Part shown: one piece after another, positions 29,985-38,082 of the stretch | Layout: every line of letters begins with the position of its first letter | Position numbering within the stretch: position 1 is the first letter of the stretch | Origin: Oscillospiraceae bacterium | GTDB lineage: Bacteria; Bacillota; Clostridia; Oscillospirales; Ruminococcaceae | Assembly (NCBI GenBank): GCA_963664585.2 | Contig: CAXXEO010000015.1 | Span: 6,597-70,596 of the forward strand | DNA length: 64,000 nucleotides | Direction of reading: 5' to 3' | Position numbers and translations under genes: made by a program | The notes under the pieces: model-generated | The model's input: the letters and a program-made list of their open reading frames with translations, nothing else | What the model was told of the DNA's origin: nothing | The model's database searches: none

Positions 29985-31001
29985 TTGCTTACACTAAAAG
30001 AATTAGCGGCTCATGTCGGTGTTTCTCCCAGCACAGTTTCTGTGGTTTTAAGAGGAGAATCAAAGGAAAGAAAAATTTCCAAGAAAACACAGGATAAAAT
30101 ATGGAACGCTGTGCAAGAATTAGGATATCAGCCGAATATTGCTGCTCGCAGATTGCGAAACCAGTCTGAAGAGCAAAGCCTTACGATTGCCCTATTTTGG
30201 GTTAATGATTTTCGTGCTTCTATGCTGGCACGCTTCCTGCGCGCGCTGCAAACTGCGGTTCTGCAGAGTTTCCAAAAATGTGAAATTATAATTTGCCCTT
30301 ATAGAAATGACCAGCTTTCTACAGAGTCACTTTTGAAAGGGTTGAATCTGTTTAACGCCGCGATTGTTTGTAACGCATCTCAAGCGGACATGGCGTTTCT
30401 AGAAAATACGGACTTTTACATCCCAATCGTGCTTTATAACCGACATTCCCAAAAATTTTGCACAGTCAATGTGGATGATACTCAAATGGGAATGCTCCCT
30501 GCGAAAGTATTCTCATCCAGAGGACATCGAAAAATGGCTGTGCTCACTTCATGGTCTGCTTTTATGGGGATGGATATTCGTACAAAAAGTTTTTTAGAGA
30601 CGGGGACTGAAAATCTCATGGAAACCATTGCGATCATTGAGCAAGAGAATTCCATGGCCGGTGGGTTTAAAGGAGCGCAGGAGTTATGCGCTTTGCCTGA
30701 CCGCCCGGACTGTATATTCTGCGCTTCTGACGCCATGGCTCTTGGCGCACTTCGGGCCTTTCATAATGCCAATATCCGCGTCCCAGAAGACATTGAAATC
30801 ATCAGCGTGGGCAACGGCGACCAAGAGCAGGAAGAATATTCTTTTCCTGCTCTTTCTGTGGTGCGTCTTCCTATGGAAGAAATGGCCGTGTCTTGTTTTG
30901 ATCTTCTGCTGGATCTGGTAAACAACCAAATTAAGCCTCCACATTCAGTTGAACTTCCCATTGTTTATATCCCGCGCGAAAGCTGCGGAGAATTGCTTTA
31001 A
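29985..31001 (+). CDS. LacI-family transcriptional regulator
   Basis: TTG start behind AAGGAGG. HTH LKELAAHVGVSPSTVSVVLRG followed by a periplasmic-binding-fold domain. Confidence 0.9.
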   Translation: MLTLKELAAHVGVSPSTVSVVLRGESKERKISKKTQDKIWNAVQELGYQPNIAARRLRNQSEEQSLTIALFWVNDFRASMLARFLRALQTAVLQSFQKCEIIICPYRNDQLSTESLLKGLNLFNAAIVCNASQADMAFLENTDFYIPIVLYNRHSQKFCTVNVDDTQMGMLPAKVFSSRGHRKMAVLTSWSAFMGMDIRTKSFLETGTENLMETIAIIEQENSMAGGFKGAQELCALPDRPDCIFCASDAMALGALRAFHNANIRVPEDIEIISVGNGDQEQEEYSFPALSVVRLPMEEMAVSCFDLLLDLVNNQIKPPHSVELPIVYIPRESCGELL

Positions 31002-31138
31002 TTTAATAGAAATTGGCGTCCACTTCTCAACCCGTCAACATAAAAGTCAGATGCCGAAGATTCAGTTTCAAAGTGTGAAAAGCAGTTCTTTATGGGTCTT
31101 TCTTGATTGTATTTAAGCCTTTTTGGGGCATCAGAAAA

Positions 31139-31165
31139 GCGTCTTGGATAAGACGCTTTTTGTTT
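31139..31165 (+). terminator. intrinsic terminator of the LacI gene
   Basis: GCGTCTT-GGAT-AAGACGC followed by TTTTTGTTTT. Confidence 0.8.
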
Positions 31166-31180
31166 TACTTCTTTATGAGT

Positions 31181-31286
31181 TATAGTTGATTAACTTGAAA
31201 ACAAGCTTGTGATTTCTTCCCCAGCCTTCGGCGGGGGAAGAAAATGACGTTTTATATATAGCCAGTTTTTAAGTTAATTGGCTATA
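31181..31286 (-). repeat. F1 repeat copy, orientation B
   Basis: Core CCCCAGCCTTCGGCGGGGG (loop TTC on the top strand). Its end abuts the TAA stop of the 31287 gene. Confidence 0.9.
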
Positions 31287-31973
31287 TTAGCAGCTGCACC
31301 GAGGTTCAATCACAGTTTTCGAAGAATATGGAAATGTAAACTCGACAATCCCGCTGGAATAAGGTGCAATATCATATTGTTGGAAATAGACAATCATCCC
31401 TTCTGGCGTAAGGTAAAATTGTTTTGGGTTAAATGTATTAGCTACATTCTTTTGGTAGTCCTCGAAATAGATATTACTTCCTCCTTCAATTTGTGAAGCA
31501 ATTTGCTTAATAATTGATGTCATCATGTATTCTTTATAATTTACACATGGCAGAAACATTTGCTTGAGCAGCATACATAGGCCAGTTTGCAAATTCCATG
31601 TGTCTGAGCATCTTGTTGTGTTGCCATGCGCTCCGCCCGTATACTCATACCGGTCAGAATACAAGCTGACTGCGCAGTTTTGATGATACGTTATTTCAAA
31701 TGTTAAAACTGCCTCAAAGGTCCTGATTGGAAACCCATTTGCCACCGAATCTTGATACAATTGGACAGACATTTCAAATAACTTCCGCCTACAATATTTT
31801 TGATATTCCAGCGCCCTTGTTTTATAAAAATAATTCATCTTGTTAACTGCATTGCAAAATTTTAAAGACCTAAACTGAGGGTACTCAATTTTATAGCTTA
31901 GCAACAATTCTTGTTTAAAATACATCTCCTCTTGTATTGTCATTCTAATAAACTGCAGATTATTAATTATCAT
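31287..31973 (-). CDS. DUF3298/DUF4163-type domain protein
   Basis: 228 aa. YEYTGGAHGNT motif. Confidence 0.6.
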   Translation of the reverse strand: MIINNLQFIRMTIQEEMYFKQELLLSYKIEYPQFRSLKFCNAVNKMNYFYKTRALEYQKYCRRKLFEMSVQLYQDSVANGFPIRTFEAVLTFEITYHQNCAVSLYSDRYEYTGGAHGNTTRCSDTWNLQTGLCMLLKQMFLPCVNYKEYMMTSIIKQIASQIEGGSNIYFEDYQKNVANTFNPKQFYLTPEGMIVYFQQYDIAPYSSGIVEFTFPYSSKTVIEPRCSC

Positions 31974-32216
31974 AATTCAGCTTCCCCCTTAATGCAGCAT
32001 ATGCAGCATGGAAGAAGTCCGCCTGTAATTCCACATCATTTAGATCGCCAGACAAGCATTGTTTTTAGAAAAGGCATTCTTATTATGTAATATTTATCTC
32101 GAATCACGAATATAAACGAATCTCAATCGCACAGATGCCAATGGTAATATTTATATATTTGCGATTCATTAAATACTGGAACAAGAATTGCAAACCCTAC
32201 CACTGAGGTGAAATAG

Positions 32217-32657
32217 ATGAAAAGGCAAAAGAAATATATTACAGTATACTGTATTGGCTCATTAGGATATAGCGCTATTGAAGTGTTATGGCGGGGATAT
32301 ACACATTGGACTATGGGAATTGTCGGCGGTATTAGTTTTATACTGCTGCATTTTATAAATTGCAACTTAGAAAGACATAGTCACTTAATTAAATGTATGA
32401 TCGGCTCGTTAACAATCACGTCAATTGAGTTCGCAAGCGGGTGTATATTTAATTTTGCTTTACACATGAATGTATGGGATTATTCCAATCAACCGGGGAA
32501 TATACTGGGACAAATTTGCCCCTTATACTGCCTTTATTGGTTTCTATTGTGTATTCCGACCATGGCATTTAGCAGTCTTATTCAAAAGCAAATTTTCGCT
32601 GTTTCTGCTTCTTGCTTTCCCTCGACAAATAAACCGGGATTTTCAAACCACTCATAG
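32217..32657 (+). CDS. small polytopic membrane protein (possibly the 'putative ABC-transporter type IV' family)
   Basis: 146 aa, four hydrophobic segments, AGGTGA RBS. Confidence 0.5.
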   Translation: MKRQKKYITVYCIGSLGYSAIEVLWRGYTHWTMGIVGGISFILLHFINCNLERHSHLIKCMIGSLTITSIEFASGCIFNFALHMNVWDYSNQPGNILGQICPLYCLYWFLLCIPTMAFSSLIQKQIFAVSASCFPSTNKPGFSNHS

Positions 32658-32828
32658 GTATCCAATCGCTGGATTTAGCCATGATCACTCATCCATCATA
32701 TCTTCACTTTATAGATTACGCCAATCCCCCTGTCGTAGTAATTATTCTACAACAGAGGAATTGGCGTAATGTACGTTTTACTGGTACAGTTCACTATTTT
32801 ATTGCGGGTTTATCCGCGAATTGAGCCG

Positions 32829-33038
32829 TCATTCATATTCGATTTTAAATCCGGTGTTTTCAATACAATCCTTTATTTGCTCTTCATTCGCGGGCTCGTT
32901 ATATTCAACCTTTATTGTGCCTGTAGTCAGGTTGACGCCAATTTCCTGAACCCCCTCTATTTTATCCAGCGCATTTTTTATCTGGGTTTTGCATTGCTTA
33001 TTCTGAATCCCTGAAACACTACAAAGTAACGTGTTCAT
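32829..33038 (-). CDS. heavy-metal-associated (HMA) fold protein lacking the CxxC metal site
   Basis: 69 aa with a ferredoxin-like HMA pattern (VSGIQNKQCKTQIKNALDKIEGVQEIGVNL..GTIKVEY). Only one Cys sits where MxCxxC is expected. Confidence 0.55.
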   Translation of the reverse strand: MNTLLCSVSGIQNKQCKTQIKNALDKIEGVQEIGVNLTTGTIKVEYNEPANEEQIKDCIENTGFKIEYE

Positions 33039-33053
33039 TTTAATCCATCCTTT

Positions 33054-33212
33054 TTAAATTTTATCGGTCATCATTTTTTCATGTTTGCCATCATGCACAC
33101 CAATTTTATGTCCGTCAATAATCCCTGCATCTGCATTTTCTTTTGGCTTCATTTTTCTTAATTCCGGATTGCTTTTTGGTCTGTCTTTCATTTTGTTTTT
33201 ATTATTATCCAT
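33054..33212 (-). CDS. possible 52-aa Lys/His-rich small protein
   Basis: Below the ORF-track cutoff. My own translation: MDNNKNKMKDRPKSNPELRKMKPKENADAGIIDGHKIGVHDGKHEKMMTDKI. AAGGGAAAAGGA lies upstream. The ORF ends 15 nt before the HMA gene start. Confidence 0.3.
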   Translation of the reverse strand: MDNNKNKMKDRPKSNPELRKMKPKENADAGIIDGHKIGVHDGKHEKMMTDKI

Positions 33213-33255
33213 CTAATCCTTTTCCCTTCATTCAAGTAATGGCACTGTCTTCTAG

Positions 33256-33319
33256 TGCTTTTAAAATCTAAATCTTTTATGGCAATGGGTTAAATATAAA
33301 AGTTGAAAATGTTGCATTG
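33256..33319 (-). repeat. F2 repeat copy without the GC hairpin, orientation Y, fused to an F1 copy
   Basis: GTGCTTTTAAAATCTAAATCTTTTATGGCAATGGGTTAAATATAAAAGTTGAAAATGTTGCATTGTA, joined directly to TAGCCAATT. Confidence 0.75.
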
Positions 33320-33423
33320 TATAGCCAATTAACTTAAAAACTGGCTATATATAACGTCATTTTCTTCCCCCGCTTTCGGCGGGGGAAGAAATCACAAGCT
33401 TGTTTTCAAGTTAATCAACTATA
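33320..33423 (+). repeat. F1 repeat copy, orientation A
   Basis: Core variant CCCCCGCTTTCGGCGGGGG. Confidence 0.9.
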
Positions 33424-33821
33424 CTAGTATTAATTCAATAAAATGATTTATTCAATTAGACCGATGATTCGCGCAGAAGATGAAACATCATAAACATTTT
33501 CTCATAGCTTTTTTAGTTATTTCAACCGTTATTAGGTGCGAATTTTGTCATTTTGTGTTACACTGATTCTGTAAGAAAAAATATTTGAAGAGCTATACTA
33601 TATCGCATTAAAAAAATATTTAAAAATGTATTTAGCGTTTGGAAATTGGAGGTGCCAAATGTAATCTCAGAAATAATCAGAAAAACCATGTCATCTATGG
33701 ATCAACAACCGGTGAGCAATGCAGTCTTACAGTTTAATTACTTTTTAACCCATGTGAATGGGTATTGGTTTCAAAGTATAATTATTTTTTCAACTATATT
33801 AATAATAAAGGGGATAATAAA

Positions 33822-33959
33822 ATGGGTGATAAAAGTATAAAAAATAATCAGGTTAAGAAAAAGAAGAAAGCAGATATCAGTACTTCATCTTCCCCGGCAT
33901 CATTCAAGCCGGTTGTAACACAGCCTGAATTAATCAAAAAGAAGAAAAAACCTCTCTAG
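33822..33959 (+). CDS. possible 45-aa Lys-rich small protein
   Basis: MGDKSIKNNQVKKKKKADISTSSSPASFKPVVTQPELIKKKKKPL behind AAAGGGGA. Its stop lies inside the F2 terminus. Coding status is uncertain. Confidence 0.25.
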   Translation: MGDKSIKNNQVKKKKKADISTSSSPASFKPVVTQPELIKKKKKPL

Positions 33960-34046
33960 TACAATGCAACATCTTAAATTTTCCCCCGCCTTCGGCGGGG
34001 GAAAATACAAAAACATTTAACCCATTGTCATAAAATACAAAGCCCT
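33956..34046 (+). repeat. F2 repeat copy with GC hairpin core, orientation X, internal deletion near the right end
   Basis: CTAGTACAATGCAACATCTTAAATTTTCCCCCGCCTTCGGCGGGGGAAAATACAAAAACATTTAACCCATTGTCATAAAATACAAAGCC. Confidence 0.85.
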
Positions 34047-34082
34047 AGTATTGATAAATAATCAAGATGAAATGAGAGCAGA

Positions 34083-34949
34083 ATGATAAGGCGCAAAAAC
34101 TATGCGATGACACATGGCGGAAAATTTCATGCGGATGATGTGTTTTCAGCTGCACTTTTAAAAATAATAGAACCGAGTACCGAAATTGTGCGTACTTTTG
34201 AAGTACCTGAAAATTTTGATGGAATCATTTTTGATATCGGACTTGGAAGATTTGATCACCATCAAGAAGATGCAGAGATGCGGGCAAACGGTGTGCCCTA
34301 TGCGGCATTCGGCTTATTATGGCGCGAGTTTGGAGAAAGCATCTTTGGAGCCGACTGTCCAAAAGAACAAGCAGCACGTTTTGATGAAGCTTTTATCCAG
34401 CCGCTGGATGAAAATGACAACACAGGTTGCCATAGCGATCTGGCGGGTGTAATTGGTGCATTCAACCCCACTTGGGATTCGGACGAGTCTTCTGACCGGT
34501 GTTTTGAAAGAGCTGTCGACTTTGCAACTGTCATTCTGAACAAGAAAATTGATAATATCAAAAGCATTCAAAGGGCGAAAGAGCTTGTTGAAGCTGCCCT
34601 TGCCGATTCAAGGGATAACATTGTTGTTCTGCCTAGGTTTGCCCCATGGAAAATGGTTCTTGTAGAATCCGATGCAGAGTTTGTTGTTTATCCCTCTCAA
34701 AGGGGAGGGTATAATGCGCAGGTAATTCCAGCCGACTTCGATGCAAATGAACCAAAATGTAGTTTCCCCAAGGAATGGGCAGGTAAGCCGGCAGAAGAGC
34801 TAAAGAAAATCTCCGATGTGAGTTCGCTGACATTTTGTCATAAAGGTCGCTTTCTTATATCAGCAGATCGCTTAGAGGATATAATAAAAGCTTGTAAACT
34901 TGCACGTGATAAAGCGAGTAAAGCCAGAGAGGAATACGAATCATCATGA
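34083..34949 (+). CDS. MYG1 / UPF0160 family metal-dependent hydrolase
   Basis: MTHGGKFHADDVFSAALL and GRFDHHQ motifs. The start may be ATG 34107. Confidence 0.8.
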   Translation: MIRRKNYAMTHGGKFHADDVFSAALLKIIEPSTEIVRTFEVPENFDGIIFDIGLGRFDHHQEDAEMRANGVPYAAFGLLWREFGESIFGADCPKEQAARFDEAFIQPLDENDNTGCHSDLAGVIGAFNPTWDSDESSDRCFERAVDFATVILNKKIDNIKSIQRAKELVEAALADSRDNIVVLPRFAPWKMVLVESDAEFVVYPSQRGGYNAQVIPADFDANEPKCSFPKEWAGKPAEELKKISDVSSLTFCHKGRFLISADRLEDIIKACKLARDKASKAREEYESS

Positions 34950-36094
34950 ATTTCGAAGCGCTGGGGCTGGGTGAAAACATTATCAAAGGCCTTGCCATGC
35001 AGGGGATTGACGCACCTACTTCTGTACAGGAACAGTCAATTCCAAAAATAATGGAAAATCTAGATCTTGTCATCCAGTCTGAAACAGGATCAGGCAAGAC
35101 ACTTGCGTATCTGCTTCCCATTTATGCGAGACTAGACCCCTCTCTGCGCGTTATGCAGGTAATTGTTTTAGTACCTACACATGAACTCGCCATGCAAGTT
35201 CATCATCAGGCAGAGCTGTTTTCGAAGAATTCCGAGATCGCGCTCAAATCGATCGTACTATTTGGCGATGTGAACATGAAGACGCAGATCGAAAGATTAA
35301 AAGAGAAGCCTCAGATCATTATTGGAACCGCAGGCAGGATTCTTGAGTTAATCAAGACGAAAAAGATTTGTGCCCATACAATAAAAACTATCGTGATCGA
35401 TGAGGCCGATAAGATGCTGGATGCAAAAAATATTGAGAGTGTAAAAGCAATCATAAAGTCCACGATGCGAGATACCCAAATGGTCATGCTATCAGCAAGT
35501 ATCTCTGAAAAAGCACTTAAAACGGCCAGAGAAATTGCAAAGACACCAGAATTAATAAAGACTGCGCAAACATTAAAGATTCCGGACAATATCAAACACC
35601 AGTATATTGTCTGCGACCAAAGAGACAAGACCGAAACACTGCGTAAGCTGATTCATATCCTTAACCCTCATCGTGCAATCGCTTTTATCAATAATGCAGA
35701 TGAAATTGAAGCCGCAACTGCCAAACTGAAGTATCACAAACTGAATGCTGAGTGTATTTACGGCACAAGTGAAAAACAAAATCGCAAGAATACACTTACA
35801 GATTTTGCTAGTGGAAAGCTTCAATTTCTCATTGCTACAGATATTGCGGCACGAGGACTGCACATTGAGAACATTGAAACCATATTCAACCTGAGCATTT
35901 CAGAAGATCCTCTGGATTATCTTCATCGTTCCGGCAGAACAGGTCGCGGCGACGCACCTGGATTATCCATTTCTATTGTAACTAAACGAGAACTGCCACT
36001 CATTAAAAAATACCAAAACGTCTTTAAAATTAACATCATGCAGATACAGATGCATGAAGGGAAAATAACGGATGGCAACAAGCGCCTTTTATAG
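34946..36094 (+). CDS. DEAD-box ATP-dependent RNA helicase
   Basis: Q motif PTSVQEQSIP, Walker A SETGSGKT, DEAD (VIDEADKML), SAS, HRSGRTGR. Its ATG overlaps the MYG1 stop (ATGA). Confidence 0.9.
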   Translation: MNFEALGLGENIIKGLAMQGIDAPTSVQEQSIPKIMENLDLVIQSETGSGKTLAYLLPIYARLDPSLRVMQVIVLVPTHELAMQVHHQAELFSKNSEIALKSIVLFGDVNMKTQIERLKEKPQIIIGTAGRILELIKTKKICAHTIKTIVIDEADKMLDAKNIESVKAIIKSTMRDTQMVMLSASISEKALKTAREIAKTPELIKTAQTLKIPDNIKHQYIVCDQRDKTETLRKLIHILNPHRAIAFINNADEIEAATAKLKYHKLNAECIYGTSEKQNRKNTLTDFASGKLQFLIATDIAARGLHIENIETIFNLSISEDPLDYLHRSGRTGRGDAPGLSISIVTKRELPLIKKYQNVFKINIMQIQMHEGKITDGNKRLL

Positions 36095-36171
36095 ACCTGT
36101 GACTATTGGGTGCTTTCCCTTTCTTTGATAACCGGCATACACAAGTTTGGATTTTGCATCCTATAGCCAGT

Positions 36172-36216
36172 AAAAAGCGGCTTAACCAAAAGATTTAAGC
36201 CGCTTTTTACTTTTTG
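36172..36216 (+). terminator. intrinsic terminator of the helicase gene
   Basis: AAAAAGCGGCTTAA-N9-TTAAGCCGCTTTTTACTTTTT. Confidence 0.8.
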
Positions 36217-36250
36217 TCTGGGATAGACATAAGCCTCTAAGCCAATGCTT

Positions 36251-36354
36251 AGAGTTGATTAACTTGAAAACAAGCTTGTGATTTCTTCCCCCACCTTCGG
36301 CGGGGGAAGAAAATGACGTTTTATTTATACCGGTTTTTAAGATAATTGGCTATA
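36251..36354 (-). repeat. F1 repeat copy, orientation B
   Basis: The terminus is AGAGTTGATT (not TATAG). Core CCCCCACCTTCGGCGGGGG, loop TTC on the top strand. Confidence 0.88.
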
Positions 36355-36456
36355 ATCTACAGCTTTACTTGATTTGACTTGGATTCTTTCACAGCTCAAA
36401 GAGCCTTCGGCCGTATATCTTAACAACGAGATCTCACTATAGTATAATGATGAATA

Positions 36457-36562
36457 TATAGTTGATTAACTTGAAAACAAGCTTGTGATTTCTTCCCCCG
36501 CCGAAGGCGGGGGAAGAAAATGACGTTTTATATATAGCCAGTTTTTAAGTTAATTGGCTATA
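36457..36562 (-). repeat. F1 repeat copy, orientation B
   Basis: Near-consensus. The loop reads GAA on the top strand. It lies 102 bp from the previous copy. Confidence 0.9.
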
Positions 36563-36609
36563 CTTAGCTTGTAATATATGAAACCGACTGCAAAGCGGAG
36601 GAATGGATA

Positions 36610-36933
36610 ATGAATTTATTTGACTTGTCAGATTTACCTTTGGATAAGGAGCTTATTACAGTACTAGCAGAGTTAAAAAGCACGAGAATAGAACGCATTA
36701 TAAGCACAGGGCAAATTTCTGACTGGTACGATCAAACAGAAACTGAGTTTGTGGCGCTGCTTATGGGTAAGGCAAAATTACAATTTGAAGATGGAAGAAT
36801 TATAACACTTTTCCAGGGGGATACGCTTGTATTAAAATCCCATGAAAAGCACAAAGTGGTCTATACATCCTGCAGCCCGCCTTGCGTTTGGCTGTGTGTT
36901 TTTTTAGGTGGTGAGACTGAAGATGCAGTTTGA
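36610..36933 (+). CDS. cupin domain protein
   Basis: 107 aa with a single cupin barrel pattern (FVALLMGKAKLQFEDGRIITLFQGDTLVLKSHEKHKV). Confidence 0.6.
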   Translation: MNLFDLSDLPLDKELITVLAELKSTRIERIISTGQISDWYDQTETEFVALLMGKAKLQFEDGRIITLFQGDTLVLKSHEKHKVVYTSCSPPCVWLCVFLGGETEDAV

Positions 36934-37462
36934 ATACCAACTGACCCGATCCAAAAGAAAGACTTTTTCGATCAGTATATCAAGGGATCTAAAAGTACTG
37001 ATAAAAGCGCCGCTCAAAGCATCCGTAAAAGATATTGAAGCAATGATCGCAGCTCATTCGGATTGGATAGAAAAGCACATCGTTCTCAGAAAAGAACTAG
37101 AGGAGAAAGAACAGAGCAACGTTTTAACACCTGTAGAAATTGAGCGATTGAAACAGAATGCAAAAGCCATTTTGCCCCAAAAAGTAGAACATTTTAGCAA
37201 AATCATGGGTGTAACGCCCGCTTGTGTAAAAATAACCTCTGCCACTACCCGTTGGGGCAGTTGCAGTGGAAGAAACAGTCTGTGTTTTTCATACAGACTG
37301 ATGTTGCTTCCAGAGGGCGCTATTGACTACATCGTAGTACATGAGTTGGCACATATCAGAGTTAAGAATCACAGCAAGAAGTTCTATAAAGAAATCGAGA
37401 CATATATGCCGGATTATAAGGACAGGATTATGGCCATTAAACAGTTTAATAAACAAAGATAG
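36923..37462 (+). CDS. YgjP-like (DUF45 / M48-type) metallopeptidase
   Basis: ORF 36908..37462, trimmed to MQFEYQLTRSKRKTFSI. HELAHIRVKNH zinc motif. Confidence 0.75.
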   Translation: MQFEYQLTRSKRKTFSISISRDLKVLIKAPLKASVKDIEAMIAAHSDWIEKHIVLRKELEEKEQSNVLTPVEIERLKQNAKAILPQKVEHFSKIMGVTPACVKITSATTRWGSCSGRNSLCFSYRLMLLPEGAIDYIVVHELAHIRVKNHSKKFYKEIETYMPDYKDRIMAIKQFNKQR

Positions 37463-37533
37463 CTTTAGGATCGCAATACTTCTCTATATAAGTCTATGGC
37501 AAGAAACGTGGATAAGCATACCCGTTGGGTTTA

Positions 37534-37575
37534 TATAGTTGATTAACTTGAAAACAAGCTTGTTTTGCTTCTTCG
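37534..37575 (-). repeat. solo F1 terminal fragment (B-side TIR only)
   Basis: TATAGTTGATTAACTTGAAAACAAGCTTGT, then divergence. No GC core. Confidence 0.75.
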
Positions 37576-37587
37576 TCTATTTCACTT

Positions 37588-38082
37588 TTATGATAGAGAC
37601 AGAATCACTGTATGGCTCTCAAGATATTTCGCCTGATCAGAAGTCATTTTCGCTTTATCTTTAACAATTTCCGCAGCAGTGTCAGGTATATACGTATCTT
37701 CGTTTATATCCAAAGGAAGGCCCAGATAGAAAGCCACAAACATCCTGACTGATCCGGTTCCAATTTCATGAGGGGCATTTACAAAAACTGTTTCCAGATC
37801 TTTGCATTTGAACTCACTGGCCTCGCTTTCTTTTATTAAAAAAGCATCTGCCAGATCTTTGATTGGAATGTGATAAAGATTACTGATTTCCAAAAAGGTA
37901 TAGGATCCGCGGATATCGACAGGATTATATTGATTGGAATATTCCTCTTGCTTTAATTTTTGGGGGATTTTAGTGGACTCGGTGGTCCAAAGACCGAGAA
38001 AGGAAGTTAAAACGATTCCTGCTATTGCAATACATATAGAAGCGATCAGGGAATTTTGCGGTTTAATTTTCAAATGAGCCAC
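37588..38082 (-). CDS. membrane-anchored hypothetical protein
   Basis: 164 aa with one N-terminal TM segment (LIASICIAIAGIVLTSFLGLW). It overlaps the upstream gene by 20 nt. The start is uncertain. Confidence 0.5.
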   Translation of the reverse strand: MAHLKIKPQNSLIASICIAIAGIVLTSFLGLWTTESTKIPQKLKQEEYSNQYNPVDIRGSYTFLEISNLYHIPIKDLADAFLIKESEASEFKCKDLETVFVNAPHEIGTGSVRMFVAFYLGLPLDINEDTYIPDTAAEIVKDKAKMTSDQAKYLESHTVILSLS

